NCBI GenBank assembly: GCA_963666205.1
Contig: OY762654.1
Location: 672,001-736,000 of the forward strand
Reading direction: 5' to 3'
From: Synergistales bacterium
Lineage (GTDB): Bacteria > Synergistota > Synergistia > Synergistales > JAFGMB01
DNA: 64,000 nt
The notes below the pieces were generated by a model. The model saw only the letters and a program-made list of their open reading frames with translations, ran no database searches and was not told the DNA's origin. A program made the translations under genes and the position numbers. Below are positions 13,385 to 25,413 of the stretch, piece after piece; position 1 is the stretch's first letter; every line of letters starts with the position of its first letter.

Positions 13385-13513
13385 TTACATTCTACTGATT
13401 TAAGTAACTTCACCTATTCTGCTGTCAAGGTCCTGTACGGGCAGTTCTTATAGACAGGTAAAAGAAAGAATAACTCACCATCATTTCGTGTTACATAAGC
13501 CCCTGAGGGCTCT

Positions 13514-15050
<1,537 letters not shown>

Positions 15051-15139
15051 TAATCCTGTCTGGCTCGCTCTTCTTTCTCTTCCTGCCTATAAAACTGTCA
15101 AGGTTCTTGAAACCGCGCTCAGTCGTGCAGCGCTCGGGT

Positions 15140-15167
15140 ATAATATCATTTTTAAAATAGAAGTCAA
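15140..15167 (-). promoter_or_regulatory. rRNA operon sigma70-type promoter
   Basis: TTGACT-16 bp-TATTAT with TG extension and a GC-rich discriminator. A boxA-like ACCTTGACAG occurs in both the leader (~15095) and the ITS (~13422). Confidence 0.65.
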
Positions 15168-15576
15168 GACCTAAACTGTCTTTTTCTTTACATAGTTGTA
15201 ATATTTTCAGCACCCTTTCAGGTCACTCATTGCTACTGGGTACTATATGTCCTTGTGAATACTGGTTTTTTACACATTATTACTACCCTTTCAAATTATA
15301 CGACCTATCCGGTTTTCTTTATGAAAATCTCGTGCACGAATCCTTCTAGCACTAATTAACATGTTAACGATTGACATGTTTTCGATAGAATGCAATTATA
15401 TGATTAGTTGTATATTTGTATAGTCAACTTTTCTTCATACCCATCCTTAATATGTAAACTTCTTTTCATTCTTTTCTAGCCACATCCTGAATTCCGGGAG
15501 GTGATAGAACTTACCGTATTTCCAGGGGGAAGTATTTCGGGGTTGAAAACAAGTATTACTAGAAAGGAAGGGGAAA

Positions 15577-17208
15577 ATGAATAAGAGATCTTTTCTGATA
15601 ATTGCGCTGTTTGTATGTCTGACTATTATCACGTCCGGTGTTGGTATGGCAGCTGATGCTCCTAAATATGGAGGAGTACTGAAATGGCGGGAAATAAATG
15701 ACCCACCCAAGGGCGATCCGGCAATGGCTACTGACACTGTATCCAGCAGGATGATACTTTGTATCTTTGATACTCTTGTTGAGAACCATCCTGATGGAGA
15801 GGGCATCCTTCCAGCCCTGGCCGAAAGTTGGGAAGGTAATGAAGACGGCACAATCTGGAAGTTCCACCTACGTAAAGGTGTAAGATTCCAGAAAGAACAC
15901 ATGGGAAAGCCTACAGAGAATAAAGGAAGAGAAGTTAAAGCAGCTGACTGGAAATACTCCTTCGAAAGGCTCGTCCATGTAAATTCACCGAGAGCATATT
16001 TCCTGGACATGCTTAAGGGATACCAGGATTTTGTTGATGGCAAGGTTCAGGAATGGACTGGTATCAAAGTAATTGATGACTATACCCTTCAGTTTGAACT
16101 GGAATATTCCTTCGCCCCCTTTGTTTCAGTCCTTGCCTATAATTCCTTTATGGTGATCCCCAAAGAAGATGCAGATAAATGGGGCAAGGATTTTAATTTC
16201 CACCCCATTGGAACAGGTGCTTTCGTTCTGGATAAGTGGGAACATGATCAAAAAGTGGTTCTTAAGAGAAACCCCGATTACTGGAGAAAAGATGCGGATG
16301 GAAACGCTATGCCCTATCTTGACTCGGTGGAAATAATGGTCATTCCCGATAACACTATAGCTTATCAGGAGTTTAAAAAGGGTAATATTGATGCCTTCCC
16401 TGATTTCCCGGATGAATTCTACGTTGAAGCAAAGGAAAAGTTCGGGAACTTATTCCAGGAACGACCATGGGTAGGTACCTATTATTATGGATTCAACAAC
16501 AGCAAACCACCATTTAAAGATAATAAAGATCTCCGTCAGGCCTTCAACTATGCAGTTAATAGGGAACTTATCAGCGAGCTTGTCCTGGAAGGTCGTTATT
16601 CTGCCGGTAAAGGCGTTCTTCCTCCGGGTATGCCCGGATATAACAAGGACCTGAAGGGGTATTCCTTCGATCCGGTCAAGGCAAAGACTCTCCTTGCAGC
16701 TGCTGGATATCCAAATGGGATAGAGGTCGAACTCCAGGTTAACAACAACCCAAGACACAGAGCTGTAGCGGAGGCTATACAGGCTCAGCTTATGGATCTT
16801 GGAATCAAACTCAATCTCAAGATCCTCGACTGGGGCGTCCATCTTGATATGTGCGAAAGAGCTGAAACCCAGATGTTCCGCATGGGTTGGGTAGTTGACT
16901 ACATGGACCCGGATAATTTCCTCTTTGTACTGCTTCATTCTGACAATCACGGGGCAAAAGGAAATTATTCATTCTACAAAAACCCGGAAGTAGATAAGCT
17001 TCTTGCTGAAGCTCGAATAGAGACTGACTGGAACAAGAGGATGTCTCTTTACCGGAAAGCCGAGCAGATGATCGTGGAAGATGCTCCCTGGATATTCCTT
17101 TTCCACTACTCCACCAGTCTTCTTGCCCAGGAGTGGGTCAAGGGTATTTACCTCCCAGCAATGGGTGATTATTATACTGCCCTCTACAACGTCTGGATAA
17201 ACAGGTAA
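15577..17208 (+). CDS. Peptide ABC transporter substrate-binding protein (DppA/OppA family)
   Basis: Signal peptide; LAESWE, FHLRKGVRF, PIGTGAF, RQAFNYAVNRE, GWVVDYMDPDNF. Confidence 0.92.
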   Translation: MNKRSFLIIALFVCLTIITSGVGMAADAPKYGGVLKWREINDPPKGDPAMATDTVSSRMILCIFDTLVENHPDGEGILPALAESWEGNEDGTIWKFHLRKGVRFQKEHMGKPTENKGREVKAADWKYSFERLVHVNSPRAYFLDMLKGYQDFVDGKVQEWTGIKVIDDYTLQFELEYSFAPFVSVLAYNSFMVIPKEDADKWGKDFNFHPIGTGAFVLDKWEHDQKVVLKRNPDYWRKDADGNAMPYLDSVEIMVIPDNTIAYQEFKKGNIDAFPDFPDEFYVEAKEKFGNLFQERPWVGTYYYGFNNSKPPFKDNKDLRQAFNYAVNRELISELVLEGRYSAGKGVLPPGMPGYNKDLKGYSFDPVKAKTLLAAAGYPNGIEVELQVNNNPRHRAVAEAIQAQLMDLGIKLNLKILDWGVHLDMCERAETQMFRMGWVVDYMDPDNFLFVLLHSDNHGAKGNYSFYKNPEVDKLLAEARIETDWNKRMSLYRKAEQMIVEDAPWIFLFHYSTSLLAQEWVKGIYLPAMGDYYTALYNVWINR

Positions 17209-17230
17209 ATTCAGTAATTGCACTCAATTA

Positions 17231-17257
17231 CAGGAGGACGGTAATACCGTTCTCCTG
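17231..17257 (+). terminator. Intra-operon hairpin after the SBP gene (partial terminator or mRNA stabiliser)
   Basis: CAGGAGGACGGT-AAT-ACCGTTCTCCTG followed by a short T run. Confidence 0.55.
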
Positions 17258-17289
17258 GCCTTTTCCATGAAAAAGCACAAAAGAGAGGC

Positions 17290-18225
17290 GTGATCAGAAT
17301 GCTTTCTTACATTATAAGAAGACTTCTCTATACTGTCCCGGTGATCTGGGGAGTTGTAACGGTAGTATTTCTTTTGATGGCTGTTGTCCCAGGGGATCCA
17401 GCCAGAATTATGATGGGACAGAGAGGAGATCCGGAAACCCTTGCCCGAATAAGATCTGATCTGGGTCTGGATCTTCCTATTCACCAACAGTATTTCCGTT
17501 TTTTAAAGGAAGTTGCAAAAGGGGATTTCGGAACATCCTACAGGACAAACCAGAAAGTTTCCCATGCCATCGTCGAAAGATTTCCTGCTACATTCCGACT
17601 TGCCTTCTGGGCCATGATATTCGCTTCAACAATCGGAGTAACGGCCGGCATCCTATCAGCGGTAAAACAATACTCATTCTTCGATTATTCTGCCATGTTC
17701 TTCGCGATAGCAGGTGTTAGTGCGCCGGTTTTCTGGGTTGGGCTGATCCTCCTTTTCATATTTGCCTATAACTTGAATTTCATTCCGGGGGTCGGATATG
17801 GAGATGGAAGTGTCCTGTATCTTATACTTCCGGTTATAACCCTGGGTGTCAGACCTGCTGCTCTTATTGCCCGTCTTACCCGTTCCTGCATGCTGGAAGT
17901 ACTGAACCAGGACTACATAAGAACTGCTCGAGCAAAGGGATTAGGAGAAAAAACAGTGATCCTAAAACATGCTCTTAAAAATGCCATGATCCCTGTCATC
18001 ACGATAATAGGCACTCAACTTTCCGCTCTTCTCTCCGGGGCAGTTCTTACAGAGACTATTTTCGCATGGCCCGGAATAGGCCGTCTTGCTGTTGAAGCAC
18101 TGGTAGCAAGAGATTTTCCAATGATCAGAGGAACGGTTATTTTTATGGCTCTCATTTTCCTTGTCGCAAATATCGCAGTAGATATCTCTTACGGCTTCAT
18201 TGACCCAAGGGTCAGATACAGCTAG
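17290..18225 (+). CDS. Peptide ABC transporter permease (DppB/OppB)
   Basis: PGDPA, GDFGTS, DYIRTARAKGL EAA loop, ETIFAWPGIG; start may be ATG 17299. Confidence 0.93.
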   Translation: MIRMLSYIIRRLLYTVPVIWGVVTVVFLLMAVVPGDPARIMMGQRGDPETLARIRSDLGLDLPIHQQYFRFLKEVAKGDFGTSYRTNQKVSHAIVERFPATFRLAFWAMIFASTIGVTAGILSAVKQYSFFDYSAMFFAIAGVSAPVFWVGLILLFIFAYNLNFIPGVGYGDGSVLYLILPVITLGVRPAALIARLTRSCMLEVLNQDYIRTARAKGLGEKTVILKHALKNAMIPVITIIGTQLSALLSGAVLTETIFAWPGIGRLAVEALVARDFPMIRGTVIFMALIFLVANIAVDISYGFIDPRVRYS

Positions 18226-18230
18226 AGGTT

Positions 18231-19133
18231 ATGATCATGGGCAAAGGGAAAAATAACAACAGCACCAGACATGGTAATTTATGGTATGAAGCCTGGCTCA
18301 GATTTAAAAGGAACAGGCTTGCCATGGTAGGATTGATAATGGTCATATCCGTAATTCTGATCGCCATTTTTGCACCCTACATAGCCCCTTATGATCCATT
18401 CAAACAACTGATCTGGACAGAGGGTAAAGCCATCAAACTCGCACCACCAAGTTATTCTCACTTAATGGGGACTGATTTCTACGGAAGGGACGTTCTAAGC
18501 AGAATAATTTTCGGAGCAAGGATATCTCTTCAGATAGGTATCTTTGCTACCATTGTCTCCCTTCTTATAGGAGTTCCTCTTGGTGCCCTTGCAGGTTACT
18601 TCCCGGGTTGGGTGGACGACATGATATCATGGCTCATCAATGTGGTTTTTGCCTTTCCCTTCATTCTCTTTGTCCTGGCCGTAGTAGCGGTATTCAAAAA
18701 CCCCAGCATGATAGTTATCTATCTGGCCATAGGACTTGTAACATGGGTACAGATCGCTCGAGTCGTGAGAGCCCAGTTCATCTCCCTCCGTGAAAGAGAA
18801 TTTGTCGAAGCAGCAAGAGCTCTAGGTCTTCCAACCTGGAGAATAATCTTTATTCACATTCTACCTAATGCGCTGGCACCTGTAATCGTTCAGGCAACTC
18901 TGGGCATGGGAAGTATCATAATGATAGAAGCCGGACTTGCATTTCTCGGATTCGGTGCTCAACCCCCAACTCCAAGCTGGGGACTGATGATATCCATAGG
19001 ACAGAAATTCCTTGCTACAGGGCACTGGTGGTGGGCTATTTTCCCTGGTCTGGCAATTATGTATACTGTGCTGGCCTTTAACTTCCTGGGTGACGGTCTA
19101 CGGGATGCCCTTGATGTGCGCTTGAAGAGGTAG
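18231..19133 (+). CDS. Peptide ABC transporter permease (DppC/OppC)
   Basis: MGTDFYGRDV, EFVEAARALG, HILPN, PPTPSWG, GDGLRDALD. Confidence 0.93.
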   Translation: MIMGKGKNNNSTRHGNLWYEAWLRFKRNRLAMVGLIMVISVILIAIFAPYIAPYDPFKQLIWTEGKAIKLAPPSYSHLMGTDFYGRDVLSRIIFGARISLQIGIFATIVSLLIGVPLGALAGYFPGWVDDMISWLINVVFAFPFILFVLAVVAVFKNPSMIVIYLAIGLVTWVQIARVVRAQFISLREREFVEAARALGLPTWRIIFIHILPNALAPVIVQATLGMGSIIMIEAGLAFLGFGAQPPTPSWGLMISIGQKFLATGHWWWAIFPGLAIMYTVLAFNFLGDGLRDALDVRLKR

Positions 19134-20138
19134 GTGGCTCAAATGACATTACTGGAAGTCAAGAACCTCAAAACATATTTTGATACTGACCGAGGCACTG
19201 TGAAGGCGGTAGATGACGTTTCTTTCTGTATCAACCCAGGGGAAACACTTGGTATCGTTGGCGAGTCTGGCTGCGGGAAAAGTGTAACTTCCCTCTCCAT
19301 CATCCAGTTAGTTGCTAAACCCGTTGGAAGAATAGCTGGAGGAAAGGTCCTTCTGAAAGGAAAGGATCTCCTTCAACTTTCAGAAGACCAGATGCAGTCC
19401 ATAAGAGGAAATGATATTTCAATGATCTTCCAGGAACCGATGACAAGCCTTAATCCAGTCTTCACAATAGGCGATCAGATAGTTGAACCATTAACTCTCC
19501 ATCAGAAACTACGAAAAAAAGAGGCTAGAGAAAAAACAATAGAAATGCTGAAAGTTGTCGGTATCCCTAACCCCGAACGAAGGGTTGATGAATATCCGCA
19601 TCAACTCTCCGGCGGACAAAGACAAAGAGCCATGATTGCAATGGCCCTGGCATGTAATCCAGCCCTTCTGATAGCAGATGAACCGACTACAGCTCTCGAT
19701 GTAACAGTACAAGCCCAGATCCTTGAACTTATGAACAACCTTAAGAAAGAGTTTAATTCAGCTATAATGCTTATTACTCATGACCTTGGAGTTATTGCTG
19801 AAACAGCCCAGAGAGTTGTAGTGATGTATGCTGGCAAAGTGGTCGAAGAAGCTGAAGTAGTCGCTCTTTTCACATCTCCGCGACATCCCTACACAAAAGG
19901 CCTTCTAAGATCCATTCCAAAACTGACTGAAGAAAGGGAAAGACTTGATGTCATAGAAGGAATAGTCCCTAATCCCCTTGATTTCCCCTCTGGATGCCGG
20001 TTTCACAATAGATGCCCCCATTGTTTTGAAAAATGCCGAGCAGAGGAACCTCCCCTCTATCTGCTTAAAGGGCAAAGAACTGTACGATGCTGGCTATTTG
20101 AATCATCTTCAGACAAGGCTGGTGATGAAGATGATTAA
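19134..20138 (+). CDS. Peptide ABC transporter ATP-binding protein (DppD/OppD)
   Basis: [29 protein letters not shown]-terminal oligo_HPY with cysteines. Confidence 0.94.
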   Translation: MAQMTLLEVKNLKTYFDTDRGTVKAVDDVSFCINPGETLGIVGESGCGKSVTSLSIIQLVAKPVGRIAGGKVLLKGKDLLQLSEDQMQSIRGNDISMIFQEPMTSLNPVFTIGDQIVEPLTLHQKLRKKEAREKTIEMLKVVGIPNPERRVDEYPHQLSGGQRQRAMIAMALACNPALLIADEPTTALDVTVQAQILELMNNLKKEFNSAIMLITHDLGVIAETAQRVVVMYAGKVVEEAEVVALFTSPRHPYTKGLLRSIPKLTEERERLDVIEGIVPNPLDFPSGCRFHNRCPHCFEKCRAEEPPLYLLKGQRTVRCWLFESSSDKAGDEDD

Positions 20139-21114
20139 ACCCGGAAATGATTATCTGACAGTAACAGGATTGAAAAAATATTTCCCCATCAGGAAGGGGA
20201 TCTTTAAAAAGACAATAGGGCATGTTCATGCTGTAGATGATATTTCCTTTTTCGTCAGAAAAAGAGAGACCCTGGGGCTGGTCGGAGAATCCGGCTGCGG
20301 TAAAACGACTGCAGGGAGAACCCTGCTTCATCTTTTGGAGCCCACAGAAGGTCAGGTATATTTCCGCGGCGAGGACGTAGCGCTTCTACTTGCAAAAGAC
20401 CCAGCAAAGATCAGACGTAATATGCAGATAATCTTTCAGGATCCCTATGGAAGTCTCAATCCGCGGATCACTGTAAGAGATATTGTAGGAGAAGCTGTTA
20501 AATATCATGGTCTTTACAAGGGAAAAGACCTTGATAATTATGTTGCTGAGGTCCTTCAGAAATGTGGTTTGAGGCCTGAACATCGATTTCGATATCCACA
20601 TGAATTTTCAGGTGGGCAGAGACAGAGAATAGGGATCGCAAGGGCCCTTGCACTCAAGCCCAGGTTCGTAGTCTGTGATGAACCCGTATCAGCACTGGAT
20701 GTTTCCATTCAGAGTCAGATTCTGAACCTTCTAAATGATCTCCAGGAGGAGATGAATCTTACATATCTTTTCATTTCCCATGATCTCTCTGTAGTTAAAC
20801 ATATTTCAGACAGGATAGCCATTATGTACCTGGGAAAGATCGTTGAACTTGCTGCAAAAAAAGAGTTCTTTGCAAATCCGCTTCACCCATATACCCAGGC
20901 GTTGCTCTCTGCGATTCCCATACCGGATCCGACCATGAAAAGCACCAGGGTTATTCTTGAAGGAGATGTCCCTTCTCCTGCCAATCCACCATCGGGCTGC
21001 ACTTTCCATACAAGATGTCCCTACGCTATGAAAAGATGCAGAACGGAGGAACCCAGATTTGAGAATCAGGGGAATGAACATTTTGTTACATGTTTCCTGC
21101 ATCAGAATGACTGA
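20131..21114 (+). CDS. Peptide ABC transporter ATP-binding protein (DppF/OppF)
   Basis: [30 protein letters not shown]; start trimmed to the ATG overlapping the end of dppD. Confidence 0.94.
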   Translation: MIKPGNDYLTVTGLKKYFPIRKGIFKKTIGHVHAVDDISFFVRKRETLGLVGESGCGKTTAGRTLLHLLEPTEGQVYFRGEDVALLLAKDPAKIRRNMQIIFQDPYGSLNPRITVRDIVGEAVKYHGLYKGKDLDNYVAEVLQKCGLRPEHRFRYPHEFSGGQRQRIGIARALALKPRFVVCDEPVSALDVSIQSQILNLLNDLQEEMNLTYLFISHDLSVVKHISDRIAIMYLGKIVELAAKKEFFANPLHPYTQALLSAIPIPDPTMKSTRVILEGDVPSPANPPSGCTFHTRCPYAMKRCRTEEPRFENQGNEHFVTCFLHQND

Positions 21115-21388
21115 ATTTATCCGGGGGATGGTGCAATTTCATCCCCTTCAGACTTCCAGTTATTATCAAATAATCACCAGATATTTACTCTTTCTCATAA
21201 CAGCTTTTTTAAACTTTCTCCTCGGGCTCGAACAATTATTCTTGTTTCCTCTTGTAATGAAGATCTATAAGGGCCTTCACGTTCTTTTTAAAGGGAAATA
21301 TGGCTTGACAGGTATCTGAAATAGAATAATAGAGGGCACTCCGCAAAGGATTTACACCTTCAAATTAAGGTTCTATAGCAATTGAATA

Positions 21389-21414
21389 TAAAAAAAGCTC
21401 CCCTTCCGGGGAGC
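21389..21414 (-). terminator. Rho-independent terminator of proS
   Basis: Minus strand GCTCCCCGGAAGGGGAGC followed by a long T run, ~30 nt after the stop. Confidence 0.7.
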
Positions 21415-21442
21415 AATAATACAGGATATAGAAAATGGAATA

Positions 21443-22882
21443 TCAGTACGATCTGGCAAAAATAGCCATTTTAGCGTTATCCTTACCGGTGAAGAAGCAC
21501 TTTCCTGTAGAAGTATCCTCCAGCGGGAAACAGCGGACGGTAGCACCTGTTTCCTCTTTGATCTTCTTTTCTTCAGCAATTCCGCCTGCAAAATAGGCTT
21601 TAAGAAAACCTCCACTGGTCTCAAGGACGGATTTGAATTCTGCAAAATCAGAAACCTGAAAAGTATTGTCATTTCTGAAATTCAAGGCCCTGTTATAAAG
21701 ATCATTATGGATCTGTTCCAGAATTGCGGGAACGGAAGTTTCGACATCAGAGATGGGTAACAGCATCTTTTCCCGGTTATCCCTTCTAACTGCAAGGACA
21801 GATCCCTGCTCCAGATCCCTTTCTCCAAGTTCCAGTCTAAGGGGAACTCCTTTCTGGAGATGTCTGAAGAAACGATCTCCAGGTCTCATATGGAATTCGG
21901 TATCTACAACTACACTTCTCGAACCCAGAACATTATTAAGCCTGTTCGCCAACTCCGTTGCTGAAGGGAGAATACTGTTGTTCAGTTTATTTTCATCTTT
22001 GCTTATTGGTATTATAACTACCTTAACAGGAGCAACTCTGGGAGGAAGGATCAGTCCGTCATTATCTGAGTGGGTCATTATTAAAGCACCGATAAGCCTG
22101 GTTGAAACACCCCAGCTTGTTGTCCATGCATATTCCAGATCGAGGTTCTGGTTCTGGAACTGTATTTCAAAGGCTTTAGCAAAGTTCTGCCCCATGAAAT
22201 GGCTTGTCCCCGACTGAAGTGCCTTTTTATCGCTCATCATTGCTTCACATGTAAATGTGTTCTCTGCACCGGGGAAACGTTCCCCTTCTGATTTTTCGCC
22301 TGCAATGACAGGGAGTGCAAGTATCTCAGTCATTATGGTCCTGTAAACTTCAAGCATTTTAAGCGTTTCTTCCAAAGCCTCTTTTCTGGTGGCATGGGCT
22401 GTATGGCCCTCCTGCCAGAGAAATTCAGAAGTCCTCAGGAAAAGTCGGGATCTTTTTTCCCACCTCATAACATTTGCCCACTGATTGATAAGTATGGGAA
22501 GATCTCTCCAGGACTGAACCCATTTGCTATACATATGCCCGATAACAGTTTCCGATGTGGGACGGATCACAAGGGCTTCCTCCAGCTCTTCACCTCCAGC
22601 ATGGGTTACAACTGCGCATTCAGGAGCAAAACCTTCAACATGCTCAGCCTCTTTTTCAAGAAATGAAATTGGTATCAGAAGTGGGAAATAGGCGTTAACA
22701 TGGCCGGTTTCCTTAAAAGCTTCATCAAAATATTTCTGTATGGATTCCCATATGGAATAGCCTGTAGGACGAATAACCATACAGCCACGTACCGGAGCGT
22801 AATCTGCAAGTTCCGCCGTTCTGATAACGTCCAGATACCATTGGGAATAGTCCTGTTCTTTAGGTGTTATATTTCTAGCCAT
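21443..22882 (-). CDS. proS: Proline--tRNA ligase (archaeal/eukaryote-like type)
   Basis: RPTSET, QWANVMRWE, FLRTSEFLWQEGHT, GTSHFMGQNF, SWGVSTR; C-terminal ...FARSY; no INS editing domain. Confidence 0.96.
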   Translation of the reverse strand: MARNITPKEQDYSQWYLDVIRTAELADYAPVRGCMVIRPTGYSIWESIQKYFDEAFKETGHVNAYFPLLIPISFLEKEAEHVEGFAPECAVVTHAGGEELEEALVIRPTSETVIGHMYSKWVQSWRDLPILINQWANVMRWEKRSRLFLRTSEFLWQEGHTAHATRKEALEETLKMLEVYRTIMTEILALPVIAGEKSEGERFPGAENTFTCEAMMSDKKALQSGTSHFMGQNFAKAFEIQFQNQNLDLEYAWTTSWGVSTRLIGALIMTHSDNDGLILPPRVAPVKVVIIPISKDENKLNNSILPSATELANRLNNVLGSRSVVVDTEFHMRPGDRFFRHLQKGVPLRLELGERDLEQGSVLAVRRDNREKMLLPISDVETSVPAILEQIHNDLYNRALNFRNDNTFQVSDFAEFKSVLETSGGFLKAYFAGGIAEEKKIKEETGATVRCFPLEDTSTGKCFFTGKDNAKMAIFARSY

Positions 22883-23022
22883 TCTTCCGCCTCACAATCA
22901 AAAGGATTTCGAGAAAAGGATACTGGCAAAAAGAACTCTTTTGCCAGTATCCTTATGTTCATTACTCCTAAAGGATATTTGACATTTTAGTCGTTTTTTA
23001 CTCTACAATGCAAGTATCCCTT

Positions 23023-25107
23023 CTAATACCTTAACGGACAACTTTCCCACAGGGGGTTGCCCAGAGCAAACCCAAGGGTAAAATCATTCTCTTCGTTCCA
23101 GAGAATCAGAAACTTGCCATCAAAAAAATATCCTGGAACAGAGAATCCAAGACCTGCCTCCCATACCTCAGTAATACCTTCCCATTCATCATCCCAGGCA
23201 TATCCATATCCAGCCATAAAATCAGCAGTCAGCCTACCCCACCAACTGGAAAAAAGCTCTTTCCTCAATACGATGTTTGTCCATGCCATTCTTTCTGCTC
23301 TTACGGGGTTATCAGCATAACTATATAATTCTTCACGAGCACCAAGATAGACAGAAAGATCAGGATTTGAAAGATCCCCTTCAGCAAAACCAGCCCGGAA
23401 TGCAGAAGACCACTTATCTGAAAAACAAGATGCACTTGTAAATTCTGTTCTCATAACAGGCTCATCCATGTCAGGCCACCAGATACAACTGGTAAGGTTC
23501 ATCCCCTTCTTCTTATCCTTATCAAAAGTATCGATGGAGGCAAAGAATAAGGGTCCCCAGAATGAGTTATCAAAATCATCCAGAGTATTCAATTTAAACA
23601 CCAATCCCAGCCCTAGATCGAAAAGACCAGCCTTGAATATACGGGAGAGGACCATGCTATAATCTTCCCATTCAAGAAATGGGGAATTCGAGGGGGTCAG
23701 GTCCCATTTCTCAGCTGCCAGGGACAGGTTCCAACTCCCATAATCATCAGCCGAGGACATGTAATCCAGGCCAAGACCCCACTGATCTCCTATTCGAAGA
23801 TCCAGCAACAGTTTATCACCATAATTGATGTAATCCCTATGGTTCAGATTGAACCTCAACCAGCGGTTGGAATGAAGGTTGGTGGCATATCCACCCATTT
23901 TTATTTCATAGGCAGCTTTTCTCTGAACTTCCAGAACTACCCTTACTTTATTTTCCGATTCTTCTATGTAATATTCTACCGAAAAAACATCATCCCTGGA
24001 TTTCAGGTCATTGCAGGCAACACGTATTTTCCCGGTATCTACAGGAAGGCCTATCCAATCACTATATTTTTTCTCAAGCTCTGTTTTAATCACCGGAGGG
24101 AATCCCCTGATCTTTATTTCATCAACTATCTTTGCTATGAGGGGTCTTGCGCACTCCAGAGGGGGAGCCTGCTGAACAAGTTTTAGAATAAGCGGGATAT
24201 CATCTTCTATGGCGATCCTGCCAGCATGAATGATCTCTGATGATCTCGCAACATCCAGAAGTGGAATATCTTCATGTATATCCGGCCTGATAACTATTTC
24301 TGCAGTAGCGATTTCCCTGTCTATATTCTGCATTGTCATGATCGTAATGGATTGATCGACCACGTCTATGATGGACCTGAGGTTATTTCTCATGAGAAGC
24401 GGACTTGTCACATTCACCGCTATCACAGGATAACCAGGGAATAGTTCTCGAGCTGTTGAGACGGGCATATTTGATACCAGGCCCCCATCTACAAGCAGTT
24501 TCCCCTCTATTGGCCATGGTTCAAATATGGCAGGAATAGCCATTGATGCCCGCATGGCAGAAGCAAGACTTCCCCGCCTTAGAACTACCTTTTTACCAGT
24601 TTCAAGATCTGTTGCTATCGCAGCAAAGGGAATACAAAGGTTATTAAAATTTACAACATCTACATTCAATGCAAGCTGGGCAAATCTATCAAGTAACTCG
24701 ACTCCAGATTCACTTCCCAATGGCCCAGTGATCTGACCTTTTTCATTGAGAGATATCCAGGGCAATCCCCCCGCAGAGAGCTGCTCTCTTCCCAGTGCAA
24801 CAAAAATCCTTTCAGATGGGTGGCTTAAAAGAGCGGTCAGATCTGTTCCTGAAATTATATCTCTGAGTTGTGATGCCTTATAACCGCTGGCATATAGACC
24901 TCCGATTATCGCTCCTATACTGGTACCAACGATCCCGGCAACGGGAATATTATTCTCTTCAAGGACTTCCAGAACACCAATATGAGCAAGCCCCCTGCTT
25001 CCTCCACCAGAAAGGGCAAGGACAACCCCCCCTTGTGCATAAAGAGAAGAAGTACACAGATGAATTACCAGAAGAGACAGCATAAAACAGCCGGATAGAG
25101 ATCTCAA
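23023..25107 (-). CDS. Patatin-like phospholipase with POTRA-like and predicted beta-barrel C-terminus (PlpD-like)
   Basis: Signal peptide; LSGGGSRG, GTSIG (catalytic Ser), LVDGG (catalytic Asp); amphipathic, aromatic-rich C-terminal ~300 aa. Confidence 0.8.
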   Translation of the reverse strand: MRSLSGCFMLSLLVIHLCTSSLYAQGGVVLALSGGGSRGLAHIGVLEVLEENNIPVAGIVGTSIGAIIGGLYASGYKASQLRDIISGTDLTALLSHPSERIFVALGREQLSAGGLPWISLNEKGQITGPLGSESGVELLDRFAQLALNVDVVNFNNLCIPFAAIATDLETGKKVVLRRGSLASAMRASMAIPAIFEPWPIEGKLLVDGGLVSNMPVSTARELFPGYPVIAVNVTSPLLMRNNLRSIIDVVDQSITIMTMQNIDREIATAEIVIRPDIHEDIPLLDVARSSEIIHAGRIAIEDDIPLILKLVQQAPPLECARPLIAKIVDEIKIRGFPPVIKTELEKKYSDWIGLPVDTGKIRVACNDLKSRDDVFSVEYYIEESENKVRVVLEVQRKAAYEIKMGGYATNLHSNRWLRFNLNHRDYINYGDKLLLDLRIGDQWGLGLDYMSSADDYGSWNLSLAAEKWDLTPSNSPFLEWEDYSMVLSRIFKAGLFDLGLGLVFKLNTLDDFDNSFWGPLFFASIDTFDKDKKKGMNLTSCIWWPDMDEPVMRTEFTSASCFSDKWSSAFRAGFAEGDLSNPDLSVYLGAREELYSYADNPVRAERMAWTNIVLRKELFSSWWGRLTADFMAGYGYAWDDEWEGITEVWEAGLGFSVPGYFFDGKFLILWNEENDFTLGFALGNPLWESCPLRY

Positions 25108-25413
25108 GATATCACTCCCTCGTGCCAGTTCAGGGGGTAATGAATTTATTTTACAAGACCATTTTAACTTAGCAAATCAATGAAAACAAACATTTCCTTT
25201 TTCAGCTTTTTTAAAGTTCTGGAGGACATGAAAGGTTTGACAGTTATCTGTTTATCTGGAAATACATCAGTTTCAATAAATTTACAGATTTTTTACAAAG
25301 ACTCCTGCTGATCCGGATGTAAAAGGGAGAACACAGGAATTCAGTCTTTTTCAGAAGAAGTTATATGCTGGAGGAGGGAATGGTTTCAGGACTCCATTTA
25401 ACCAAAAGGTTTA

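Noticed and set aside
21115-21388. 86-aa ORF (21059-21319) or sRNA in the dppF-proS intergenic gap
   Set aside because: No SD or motif; a lone TTGACA lacks a well-spaced -10; no recognisable RNA structure.
22883-23022. T-box riboswitch upstream of proS
   Set aside because: Only ~140 nt are available and there is no GGTGGNACCGCG T-box motif.
25228-25311. 27-codon plus-strand ORF after GGAGG in the patatin-ClC gap
   Set aside because: SD spacing is only 2 nt, the peptide has no features, and there is no supporting terminator.
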